Of a stretch of DNA of 64,000 bases, positions 51,921 through 64,000 are shown in pieces (the first letter of the stretch is position 1; each line of letters starts with the position of its first letter). The notes under the pieces were generated by a model. It was not told where the DNA came from, did not search any database, and saw only the letters and a list, made by a program, of their open reading frames with translations. The stretch is from Octopus vulgaris (lineage: Eukaryota). Made by a program: the position numbers and the translations under genes. The stretch is from contig OX597826.1 of the NCBI GenBank assembly GCA_951406725.2, positions 45,756,001-45,820,000 of the forward strand. The letters run 5' to 3'.

Positions 51921-52894
51921 AAAGAGAGGTTGAAGAATTGGGGTGGAGGTGATGGGGTTTTTAAACTAAAGCAAAATTGTTATTGATTGGTTATTTTAGA
52001 ATAAATTAATTTGAAAACTAAAGACTGGCGGCAAAAACAAAAACGATAAGTAATGAAATTAGTAAGGTCATTATTATCTTAAAATTGTATCGTGTGTATA
52101 TATGTGTGATACAAAGTATGTGCACGTAATTGAGAAATCAAGAAGTAGAGAACCTATACATGAAGTATATAGGCGCGGTTGTGTGGAGCTGGCCGAGACG
52201 TTAGCGCGCCGGGAGAAATGCTTAACAGTATTTCATCTACCACTGCGTTCTTAGTTCAAATTCCGTCGAGGTCGACTTTGCCTTTCATCCTTTCGGGGTC
52301 GATAAATTAAGTACCAGTTACGCACTGGGTGGGGGGTCGATCTAATCGACTTAATCCCTTTGTCTGTCCTTGTTTGTCCCCTCTATGTTTAGCTCCTTGC
52401 GGGCAATAAAGAAATAAGAAGATTGCTTCCCAAACACAGGTTTCTAGGTTCAGTCCCACTGCAGTGGCACCTTGGGCAAATGTCTTCTACTATAGCCTCG
52501 GACCGACCAAACCTTGTGAGTGGATTTGGTAGATGAAAACTGAAAAGAAAACCGTTGTGTGTGCGTGTGTGTGTGTGTGTGCATTTGTTATTGTGCTCAC
52601 GAGCGTAAGGTCGTGAGGTCAATTCCCGGCGACACCACCTCACGTTGTGTCCTTAAGCAAGTTACTTTATTTCACGTTGATCCAGTCCACTCAGCTGGCA
52701 AAAAATGAGTAGTACCTGTATTTCGAAGGGCCAGCCTTGTCACACTCTGTGTCACGCTGAATCTCCCCGAGAACTACGTTAAGGGTACACGTGTCTGTGG
52801 AGTGGTCAGCCACTTGCACATTAATTTCACGAGCAAGCTGTTCCGTTGATCGCATTAGCTGGGACCCCTCGTCGTCGTAACCAACGGAGTGCTC

Positions 52895-52943
<49 letters not shown>

Positions 52944-53569
52944 TTGTGTGTCTGTGTTTGTCACCCCACCATCGCTTGACAACCGAAGTTGGTGTGTTTA
53001 TATCCCCGTAACTTAGCGGTTCGGCAAAAGAGACCGATAGAACAAGTATTAGGCTTACAAAGAATAAGTCTTGGTGGTCGATTTGTTCGACTAAAGGCGG
53101 TGCTCCAGCATGGCTGCAGTTAAATGATTGAAACCAATAAACGAATATATTCGCTGGACACAGTGTGAGGCGATTGTTGTTATAGTTAGGCCAAACTCAT
53201 CGTAAGGCAAATACCGCCATGTGTGATATCCAGACTATAGTGGAAAATGTGAGCCACTGGATTTGGTTAGTAATGGCTAGAAGAATATTGAGCGAAACCT
53301 GATAACTAGTTGATCTAGCAAGCGGAACCTCATTTCTGTGAGTGGGGTTGGTGCGCAATGATGCCGTCGAGAGGTGGGCCCCGAAACGGCGCGCATTCTC
53401 TTCTGATGATCCCATAAACTTACTAGCATCCAGTATGCAGAATTTTCAACTGGTAACATTTGCATCTGTAAGTTGTTTGCAAAAGAAAATCTACGTGATC
53501 TTAATAACTCTCCACAAATTGCGACAAATGTAAACAAACTATTGTTTGTTTTAGAAGCGCTGAAATGTA

Positions 53570-53834
53570 TTGTGAGATACAAATATGATAATTTATTTTC
53601 AAATGCATAAACGCCGATAGAACAGCAGAGACTGGATAAAATATCCACAGAAAGCGGGAAAATTTGTAAAACTGGTAAAGCACTTGACCGGTAATCAAAG
53701 GGATGTGAGTTCGAATCTCGTGGCTGGTTGTTGACAAGTTTTTTTTTCGCTTTGTATGGATATTTAATCCAATCTCTGCTGTTCTATCAGCGTTTATGCG
53801 TTTGAAAATAAATCTTCTTATTTATATCTCACAA
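53570..53834. mobile_element. foldback element (~100-bp arms) enclosing a tRNA-like core
   Basis: Arms ttgtgagata...tttattttcaaatgcataaacgccgatagaacagcagagactggat / atccaatctctgctgttctatcagcgtttatgcgtttgaaaataaa...tatctcacaa. Loop tggtaaagcacttgaccggtaatcaaagggatgtgagttcgaatctc. Confidence 0.7.
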
Positions 53835-55462
53835 CTCACCACCTATTTAATTATGCCAATGTATGCAGCGATTACAATAAACAAAAATGTCTACGTGACA
53901 GGTCATTTATAATAGGTGTTATCGATATGATAAGATAACAAATTCTTTGTCTGATCAGGTTAAATGAATGTTCATACTATGTACATGAGTTATACCCGTG
54001 AAAAATTTCTTTAAACGTGTGACTTATAAATAATGTTATAAGAGTTCCTTTATATGTAATAACTGAGTTTCGTTGAATATCATCAAATTTAATTTGTGAT
54101 GACCTCAGTGTAGAAGGTTTCTCGATGTTTCTCTCTGTTCGGGGAAATGCATGTTTAGTGTGAAGTATATACGTTGTCTTTGGACGGCATACATCAAATG
54201 TCTGTGTTTGTGCATGTCATCAGAAGATATTTATTCAGCCTTCTGTGGGAAATCCAGCCGAGGTTAAGTAAGTACAAAAAACAATTTTTGACCATAGATC
54301 GAAGGCGCTCAAATACAACCAACCCGTCGTCTCTGAAACTGTGCAGCTTGGGTCATGTTACTCAACTAGTCTTTTCTAAGATGCTAGAACATTATTTTAT
54401 TATTATTTTTTTCTTTTTTGGCAGTGGATTTGTTAATTTAGCTACCACTTCTACCATGTTGAAAGACAACATAAAGGTTGTTTTGTATTATTGTAAGGCT
54501 GGCGAATGGAAATAAAATATTTACTGCATCTATCTGCGCGAGATATCAGTTAACAATGGTTTTGCTTTCTAGACAATCTTGATAAAGAAAACAAACAAGT
54601 GTATAATGACTCACCACATTAAAAGTTCGTTTAGAGCAGGTTTTCTATTTTACATGTTTTCCAAATAAGTTTAAGGACTATGTTGGCTCCAGTGGGTTAT
54701 ATTTAATACATTTTTATTTAGAAAAAAGTAAGGTACAGCTCCCATAACTTTTTCAATACCCCCACTGCTGATAGTAAGAAAGGATGAATATATCATGAAG
54801 CGGGAAACCTGGCCCGAAATCTTGCAATACAATAGATTGTTTTAAGGATAGCCATGAGTCGAGTGTTAGTGCTAAACCGATTAACGGAATAAGTCCTGCG
54901 TCCAAGAATAAATATAGGATTCTTCAAGAGGTGTAGGTTGTCTTTTGGACAGCTGCAATGGCATAGATTGTGATGTGAAGGAATGTAGCATAGTTTAATT
55001 TCTTAGTTCATTTCTTATCAGGTGTCAACTTAACCCCGCCTTACTGATAAGCTAGATGAAAGAATATATATGACGCACATGTGCCAAAAATACTATTTTT
55101 CTTTTGCGTAAATCTGCGTAAAGAGTTCGATAAGCTTGAAATGAATTCATGATTGAACAATAATATAATGACATATAATGATAGCTAAAACGAAGCGACA
55201 CAAGGAAATAACGTCCTATTAAGTTTACTATTGATACATGCTAAATATATATTTTTTTCTCTAGATGCATGTTCGTGTTTCTAGAACGAGCGGCAATATA
55301 ATAAATTTGTGGTAAGCCACCATCAGCAGAAAGTAAAGAAGAAGCTTAATCGGAAAATTACTGCTTATCTACAAAGCCAGTACCGTACAGAAATCGATTC
55401 TGGAAAGTAACAGAAGGCGCCGAAAATATCGTGAGTTTGCTTGTAAAAAAAAAAAAGTAATA

Positions 55463-55624
55463 AGGCGCAGGAGTGGCTGTGTGGTAAGTAGCTTGCTAAC
55501 CAACCACATGGTTCCGGGTTCAGTCCCACTGCGAGCATCTTGGGCAAGTGTCTTCTGCTATAGCCCTGGGCCGACCAATGCCTTGTGAGTGGATTTGGTA
55601 GACGGAAACTGAAAGAAGCCTGTC

Positions 55625-55694
<70 letters not shown>

Positions 55695-55916
55695 ATATAT
55701 ATATATATGTGTGTGTGTGTTTGTGTTTGTCCCCCTAGCATGGCTTGACAACCGATGCTGGTGTGTTTACGTCCCCGTTACTTAGCGGTTCGGCAAAAGG
55801 GACCGATAAAATAAGTACTGGGCTTACAAAGAATAAGTCCCGGGGTCGATTTGCTCGACTAAAGGCGGTGCTCCAGCATGGCCGCAGTCAAAATGACTGA
55901 AACAAGTAAAAGAGTA
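55463..55916 (+). mobile_element. SINE family B with internal (TA)n(TG)n microsatellite
   Basis: Head ggcgcaggagtggctgtgtggtaag...gggttcagtccc and tail gactgaaacaagtaaaagagta. Copies at 16392-16820(-), 17752-18215, 19848-20237, 27446-27812(-), 41860-42228, 46966-47370, 48955-49275(-), 50480-50885(-), 52418-53140, 56897-57325(-), 62687-63097. Confidence 0.85.
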
Positions 55917-58286
55917 ATATGAAAGTAACTTATAGAAAAGAGCATTATAGTAATTTTCGTGAAGGCGCAATAGCCCAGTGGTTAAGGGCAGTGCACTCGC
56001 GGTCATAGGATGGCGGTTTCGATTCCCAGACCGGGTGTTGTGAGTGTTTATTGAACGAAAACACCTAAAGCTCCACGTGGCTCCGGCAGGGTGTGGTGGC
56101 GAACCCTTCTGAATTCTTCCACCACAACTTTCTCTCACTCTTTCTTCCTGTTTCTGTTGTACCTGTATTTCAAAAGGGCCAGCCTTGTCACTCTCTGTGT
56201 CACGCTAAATCTCCCTGAGAACTACGTTAAGCGTACACGTGTCTGTGGAGTGCTCAGTCACTTGCACGTTAATTTCACGAGCAGGCTGTTCCGTTGATCG
56301 GATCACCTGGAACCCTCGTCGTCGTAACCGACGGAGTACCACATACAGTAATTTCCACAGTTGCTGTAAAAAATTTTTTCGCTTACACGATATTTGCTCG
56401 CAGCACAGCAGTGAAGTAATAAAAGAAATAAATATCTCACAAATCTAACGAATAAAGATTTTTCGTGAAAAGTAATTAAGCAAATTGCTCAATAAATATA
56501 AAATGAAACCATATCAGAAAGGGTAATAGCTGAGCCGTGTTTATTTTTCTTCAATCAATTTTTAACAAGCAAAGATCGTAATAGACTTCTCTATATGATA
56601 GGATCATTTCGCTACTGTTCGGTGTTAATGTATATACTTAAACTTTGTATGCAAGTAGTAATTTTCTGTTAAGGTTTCCTCTTTCGCTAGTTGCAAATGA
56701 TAGCCTTACACAAGTCATGTGACTAAAAAGAGTGTTAGAAAGACGAGCTTGTGTTCGGAGAAGATATATTTAATATATGTGCTATGGTAATAATACTAAT
56801 TCATTACAAAGCCACATTTTTAGAGGAAGTGTGTAATACACGAGGATCAAAAACTTCTACTTATAGAATATAAATAATTAAGTCTATCCTAACGTATACT
56901 CTTTTACTTGTTTCAGTCATTTGACTGTGGCCATGCTGGAGCACCGCCTTTGGTCGTCGAGCAAATCGACCCCAGGACTTATTCTTTGTAAGCCTAGTAC
57001 TTATTCTATCGGTCTCTTTTGCCGAACTGCTAAGTTACGGTGACGTAAACACACCAGCATCGGCTGTCAAGTGATGTTGGGGGGATAAACACAGACACAC
57101 AAACATATACACACACATATATATATATATACATATATATATACATATATATACATACATATATACGACGGGCTTCTTTCAGTTTCCGTCTACCAAATCC
57201 ACTCACAAGGCTTTGGTCGGCCCGAGGCTATAGTAGAAGACACTTGTCCAAGGTGCCACGCAGTGGGACCGAGCCCGGAACCATGTGGTTGGTAAACAAG
57301 CTACTTACCACACAGCCACTCCTATGGTTAAAAAAATAAATAATAATAATGGTTTAAAATTTTGGCACAAGGCCAGCAATCTAGGAGGAGGGGATAAGTC
57401 AATTACATCGATCCGCGTACTCAACTGGTACATATTTTACCGACACTCGAAAGGATGAAAGGCAAAACTCCACCTCGGCGGAATTTGAACTCAGGATGTA
57501 AAAAAAACAGGAGAAATGCCGTTAAGCATTTCATTGAACTAAGTTACTTTGTGGAAGTTCCAGTGAAACTAATTTTATATTTTACTCCACTTTCAGTATT
57601 GAGTTCTCTTCTCAGTGGATGTTCCTTTGTTATTCGGAAAATATCTTTAAAATCACCCACAAAATTAACGTGTGCGTGCGAAGGAGTTCCATCTCTCCAA
57701 TTCCTCTCACGAGACATTTCTCACTCCAAGACTGTAATAAAAGACATTTGCTCGCTGTAAAATCGAATACAAAACTACGCTTATAGATTACATTTCTTTA
57801 ATACTTGAAATAACACTGTGTAACACGTTTTTTGTCCTTGGGTAGCAACTGCCTTTTCCTATTTTCTTACCCATAGAAAGTATGAAAAATGGCAAATACT
57901 TCCTTCAGACTTTGCTGTTGTTACACTTATTCAAACCCCAAAGAATCCCTCTCAATGCTTAGTTATGAGGCTCCCCTACTACTACTCATGATCAGAGATG
58001 CACATATTGATAGGTTAAGGTCAAGCAACTAAGCAAGTAAATCTGTGATAATGAGCAGAATATGTGCTATAACAATATTTCTGCCTCAGCAAATCAGCAC
58101 TGAATCTGTCCAAAATGTAATGGAAAATAGGTCAGTTTCAAAACATTGATGTCCCGGTCACAAAAGCAAAGTTTGAAGGGAATTGTAGATATTTCCTTTG
58201 ATGTCTAAATAGAAGCAAATAGGAAATAGAACTTACTGACCAATGATAAATGATTATAAATAAAAGCTTAGAGTAATATATCTTTT

Positions 58287-58677
58287 GGATCTTTTCGGTT
58301 TGAACGGCAATAATAATTTACACGTAACTAAACACTTTTAAACTTCGTAGAATGTGTTTATAAAACATCTTTTTCTCTTGGCTTTATTGAGAAAATTCTA
58401 TAGTTTGTAAGATATTTGTTGTTTTTTCTTCAATTTCTGCAATTTCAACCAATCAATGACGTCTGTTGAGGTGAAAACATTCTGTGCCGTATGAATATGT
58501 CCCTCGTTTAAGAAACAGATTGGGTTTATTTACATTTGTGAAGAAAAAGATACCCTTCCCCCCGCCCCTAACCCTAAAACAGATTGAAATGCAATAGATC
58601 GATACTAGGGTCATAATTATGGGTGACAATTTTATATGACACCGCTAGAAAAACTGCCGTTCAAACCGAAAAGATCC
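58287..58677. mobile_element. second copy of the 45374-45801 MITE, inverted, followed by a copy of that element's flank
   Basis: Same TIRs and reverse-complement body. 58678-58758 is the reverse complement of 45293-45373. Confidence 0.85.
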
Positions 58678-59058
58678 CAGCTATATCTCTGTACATTTTT
58701 GTATGTGTGTATAAATGTGTGCGTGTGAGTGTGTATGCATTTATCAGTGAATACGTATTTTTTTTTTCGTAATAGACAGAAACCAAACCTTGTTAATGAT
58801 AACAAATTTGTATAAGTTAAAAGCTCGTTTCGAATTCTAGTATTTATCGAATTTAGCTCCCGATTAATTTGGTCAGCTTTAATTTGATAAGTATCATTGG
58901 TAACAGCATTTTACAAATATAACAGAGTGGTGGTTCGATGAGGTTTTATGTTCACTGAGCGTGACCTTTGAATTGGGAGGAGAGATACCGATTTTAAAAT
59001 TTATTTTAGTACATAAGAAAACTAGGTTTGTATATGTATGTATGTATATAATATAAAT

Positions 59059-59154
<96 letters not shown>

Positions 59155-62100
59155 CGTGTGTGGGCACAGCACATCACAAAACGTAAACAACAGAAAAATA
59201 CGAGGTACGAGTACATAGAATATGAATATGAACTATTTTTCGAACAATATATATATATATACATACACATATATACACATACACTATTTTTTCTTGTTTC
59301 ACTCATTGGACTGCGGTCACGCTGGTGCACCACCCCTTGAGGCAGAGGTGGTGGGTTCGTGGAACAGATGTGCAACCACCTACCCACCAACCACTGCGTG
59401 ATATTTGTAAACAGTCTGGAATGTATTCTATTGTTCTCTATTGTTGAACCACTAAGTTACAAGCCAACACCTGTTGTCAAGTGGTTGTCGCAGTGTGGAC
59501 GACAGGCTTGTACATTGTTTTCGCCTACCAACTTCATTCGCAAAGCATTGGTCAGCCCGGGGCTGTAAGGTACCGCGCAGTGGGGTTGAAAAGCAAAGCG
59601 TGTGTTTGCAAAGCGAGCTTCTTAGTCACACAACGATGTATGTGCCTATATACGACAGTCAGTCAGTCAGTCTCTCTCCGCTTCATTTTTTGTAAATCAC
59701 TCATTCTCATTTAATTGTATATATTTTAATTGTTTGTTTATTCATACGTTTCGTCTCATTCGATACCTTGACCCCCAATGTTTGTTTTGTCTGTCCTTGT
59801 ATCGTCCCCTCTTTTTCTCAACCTTATGGTGAATAAAGAAATTCTCTCTCTCTCTCCCTCTCTCTCGTAACCTTGTTTCAGTCTTCTTACATAGCTTTGT
59901 TCTTGATCTCAAAATTATTTTTCTTTAGGAATTTATAAACAGGTGATGTATTTATAAAATCATCTCAGCTGTAACGTTTCATTTTTTACCTTCATCATAA
60001 CTTTGGCGTAGATATTTCTAATTTGTTTTTCTCGCTTCATGCACTTAGGTAAATTTTTTTAAAATTCGTTAAATTTACACAGTCATCTTTAGTATCTATA
60101 GGAGATATCTCTAAAGCAATTCTCTTAATTTTGTGATCGATTTTGAGATAAATCTTGGGATTAGTAGCATTGCTGTAGGAACAAGGCATGAAATTTTGTA
60201 GGGAGGGGAGAGGATAGTCGATGACATCACTTCTAGTGCTTGATTGGTACTTATTTCATCGACTCCCCTCTACCAAAGGATAAAAAGCAAAGTCCACCTC
60301 AGCGGAATTTTAACTCAAAACGCAAAAACAGACGAAATGGTAAGCATTTTGCCTGGCATGATAATGATTCTGCCAGCTCGCAGCCTTTAATTTTAGGATT
60401 AATATCGATTTTAAATTGAGTAGGATCGACTTCTTTATTAAACACACTTCTTAATAGGAATCGTTGCTTGTAAATAACGGTTTCAAATTTTGGCACAAGG
60501 CCAGTAGTTTCGGGCAAGTGACTAATTCAATTACATCAACCCCAGTGTTCAAACGGTACATATTTTATCGACCCTGAAAGGATGAAAGGCAAAATCGACC
60601 TCAGCAGACCTTGGACTCAGAACACGAAGACGGGCAAAATGTCGCTCACCATTTTGTCCGGCGTGCTTGCTCGGAAAATAATACGAAAAAGATGGCACAT
60701 GCAGGAATAATTAACTCCTAATGAAATATATGTCGGTGATGGTTTGGTTATTTTCACTAAAATGGAGTGTACTTTTATTTTACTATATTTTATGTGAGTC
60801 ATTGAACTGCGGCAATGCTGGAGCACCGCGTTGCTGGAGTTAATAGGACGTAAACAAACCAATACTAATTGGACGCATACACACAGAGCTTCCACAGCGT
60901 ATCCAAATTTATTTACAAGTCATTGGTCGGCTCGGGGTTATTAACAGAAGACAACTGTCCAAGATGCCAAGCAGTTGCAACCACGTGGTTTCGGGTTCAG
61001 TTCCACTGCACTTTATGGAAGAGTGTCAATGCATTGTGAGCGAATTTGATTGAGGAAACTATGTAGAATCTATTCACGAGTGCGTGCGTGAAACGAACTT
61101 CCTAATCACACAGGAATGTCAGCGTCTTTTTTATTTTTATTTACTATATTTACGGAAAATTTCTTTAAGCTTTCTATGTTTCATACAAATTTTTGACCTC
61201 ATCATTGTTCAGTGACATTATACGCACGCACGTTCACGCCCCGATGCCTTGAACTTTGACACAATGGATAAGGACACAAATATACATTCATCTATTTGTG
61301 TATTTGAAATACCTTGCTTTGTATTGAGTGGTAATGGGAGGAATTGTTCTTTTGAAAGGGGATCAGCTGGCGGTTTTTTTTTTTGTCTTTTTATCTTTTT
61401 ATTTATCTTTTAGTACACCTTTATCAATATTTTCAAATGTTTGTTTATATCATCAATCTACAAAAGAAACAAGCGAACAAAAAATAAATGATAAATAACA
61501 GGAAACGATGATCGGATTTTCGATCTAAATACGCTAAGTGGACTCTTAATATGAGCCGGAAATTCTTTGGTCAGTGAAGAGCTACGTTATTGATTGTCGT
61601 TTGAACTTATTTCATACCGTCTGGTTTGCTACGTTCTTTTAATCTGGCTCAGTGGTATGCATATCGTTTTACTTGCTCCATTCATTTGATTGCGACCGTA
61701 CTGGGAACACAACCTTGAAGGGTTTAGTCGAACAAAACTTCCATAGTACTTACATCTTTTTAAAAAGTTTGGTACGTATTTTATCGTTCTGTTTTGCTAC
61801 GGAGATGTAAACAAACCAGCATCGGCTGTCAAGGGTTGGGCGGACAAATATACACAGTTATTATTATAAAGGGGGCAAAAATAGTTAGCATACTGAACAA
61901 ACTGCTTAGCGGCATTTCTTCCGGTTCTGAGTTCAAATTCTGCCGAGGTTGGCTTTGCCTTTCATCAGGATCGATAAAATAAGTATTGGAGTTGATGTAA
62001 TTCACTAAATCCTTGTCCCAAAAAATTCAAGAAGAAAGGGTTATTTTTATTATTATAGACGGTAAGCTGGCAGAACCGTTAGCACACCAGGTAAAATACT

Positions 62101-62259
62101 TCGTCTGTTTTTATGTTCTGAGTTAAAAGTCCGCTGAGATCGACTTTGCCTTTCATCCTTTCAGGGTCGATAAATCAAGTATCAGTTGAATACTGGGGTC
62201 GAGGTAATCAATTATTCCCTTCCTCGAAATTGCTGGCCTTCTATCAAAATTTGGAATCA

Positions 62260-62440
62260 TTATTACCTTCGCCTTTGCGAAGGCGGAGGTATTATATTCA
62301 CTTGTGTTTGTCTGTCCGTGGACAGGATATCTCAAAAACTGCTGGGTGGATTCGGATGAAACTTTTAGGGATGTTTGGCCTCGTGACAGCCACGAACTGA
62401 TTGGATTTTGGGGTCAATATGGGCAGGGTTTCTGGATTAT
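62260..62440 (+). mobile_element. Helentron-associated (HINE/DINE-1-like) non-autonomous element 5' part; related sequence resumes at ~63375-63545
   Basis: ttattaccttcgcctttgcgaaggcggaggtatt subterminal hairpin, a gtctgtcc motif, and a ggatatctcaaaaactgctgggtggattcggatgaaactt core typical of this class. Confidence 0.55.
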
Positions 62441-62857
62441 TTGTTATATTTACTTTACATGATTACGATCCTACGTTGACTTTCAAGTCTTTCTTAATTA
62501 TCTCCCTTTAGGATGTTTCCAAAGTTTTATCGTCGTTTCTCTATTATTAATTTTACTCGCGTCTCTATTTTAGTGAAAACTGAAGGATAAAAAACTCAAA
62601 CTACATAAACAAACGGCAGTAAAACCGTTCAGAAATTAAATAAATCTAACAGATTTTTATAATATAAATATTATATATTATACATAGGCGCAAGAGTGGC
62701 TGTGTGGTAAGTAGCTTGTTTACCAACCACATTGTTCCGGGTTCAGTCCCACTGCGTGGTACCTTGGGTAAGTGTCTTCTACTATAGCCTCGGGCCGACC
62801 AAAGCCTTGTGAGTGGATTTGGTAGACAGAAACTGAAAGAAGCCCGTCGTATATATG

Positions 62858-62894
<37 letters not shown>

Positions 62895-64000
62895 CTGTGT
62901 TTGTCCCCTAGCATTGCTTGACAACCGATGCTGGTGTGTTTATGTCTCCGTTACTTAGCGGTTCGGCAAAAGAGACCGATAGAATAAGTACCGGGCTTAC
63001 AAAAGAATAAGTCCCGGGGTCGAGTTGCTCGATTAAAGGCGGTGCTCCAGCATGGCCGCAGTCAAATGACTGAAACAAGTAAAAGAGTAAAAGAGTATAT
63101 TAACACTTCACAGTATACTTACATATATACATACATCTATACATCGATATAAAACAACAGGATTACTAAAAGAAGGCCGGAGTTTAAGAGAAGAGAAAAC
63201 CAAAAGGTTTTATGTTATTCATTTAAAAATTCCTGAATAGAACTTATTATTACTACCGTCTTTAAAACTATTTTGAATGGTGAATTTTGTTAACTTTGGC
63301 TTGTAGATAAGGATAAACTATCTATTACTGTTACTAAATTTTCTACAGCCAGCTTCACATTCCATGACTACTATTGGGATCGATCTGGTACCGGACAAAG
63401 ATTCTGGATTATTTTTCTGGTTTATTTTTTAATTAATTTTTGAGAGCGGTCAGGTTCATTTTTAACATTTTCGTTTGTAAGAGCAGTCAAGTTTATTTCA
63501 GATATTCTCATTTTAAAAATCATCTCTGGCTAATCGTTGGGAGGACGCCGCTGTCGCCTCAGGCTGTTGGTAGGTCGTTCTGCTGGAGTTTTTCATAGTG
63601 TTGGGACGTGTGGAGTTTTTGTGCTGAAGTTTCGTGTTGGTGTTCGTTTGAACACTTTTGTGAACTGTTTTCGCTGCTTTGTGGAAGCTTGTTTGTGCTT
63701 TCCCTCCTCTTGTGAGGAGGATTGGCCCAATGGAAGGGAATATTTATGGGAGTGTTTTATTCGGACCTCAGCGGTTCTGAGTTGTCTTCTTCCGAGGGCG
63801 AGTTGTTGCGGACCGTGGGAGGTGTGGACAGGAGGGTGAAGGAGGGCGGAAGGTTCGCAGGTGTGGCGGGGCGCCGGGAGGACGAGGTGGACATGGGAGG
63901 GATTGCTAGCTGTACGAAGGTAATGGGTGGGGACGGTTCTGGTATGGAGTTGTCCCCCTCCGCGTAGGGAGCATTGAGGAACTTGGGACAGAGAGAGCAA

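Noticed and set aside
53357-53407. GCCGTC...GAAACGGC hammerhead helix III look-alike and C/D-box-like ATGATG...CTGA
   Set aside because: No CUGANGA box or helix I for a ribozyme. Too short and lacking a terminal stem for a snoRNA.
59160-59215. MYSYLVFFCCLRFVMCCA as the missing PVF signal-peptide exon
   Set aside because: Runs into a (CA)n tract with no splice donor.
61313-61457. Minus-strand segment with strong acceptor and a caag|gtattt donor
   Set aside because: No usable start codon or signal peptide. It could be a UTR exon but cannot be supported from sequence alone.
63537-64000. GC-richer region with ORFs on both strands
   Set aside because: No recognisable domain and truncated by the window edge. 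Probably part of a transposable element, but cannot be assigned.

Overview
Repeat-rich, AT-rich eukaryotic genomic DNA. The tRNA-derived SINE families, long (TA)/(CA)/(GATA) microsatellites and CR1/RTE/mariner relics look like an octopus (cephalopod) genome; the species is inferred, not shown. One protein-coding gene is well supported: a minus-strand, multi-exon PDGF/VEGF-family (PVF) growth factor at about 26.9-46.3 kb. Its exons are 46180-46255, 36865-36888, 33220-33407, 32076-32368 and 26922-27333; the signal-peptide exon was not found. The protein has a PDGF-like propeptide, a PDGF/VEGF domain that has lost both cysteines of one cystine-knot disulfide, CXCXC repeats, a Thr-rich stalk and a terminal Cys module. 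Two further candidate microexons (11 and 17 nt) lie next to the 24-nt microexon. The rest is mostly SINEs, LINE remnants, a decayed mariner, TIR MITEs, foldback hairpins and Penelope-type minimal hammerhead-ribozyme motifs. Nearly all ORFs in the supplied track are microsatellite or SINE artefacts.
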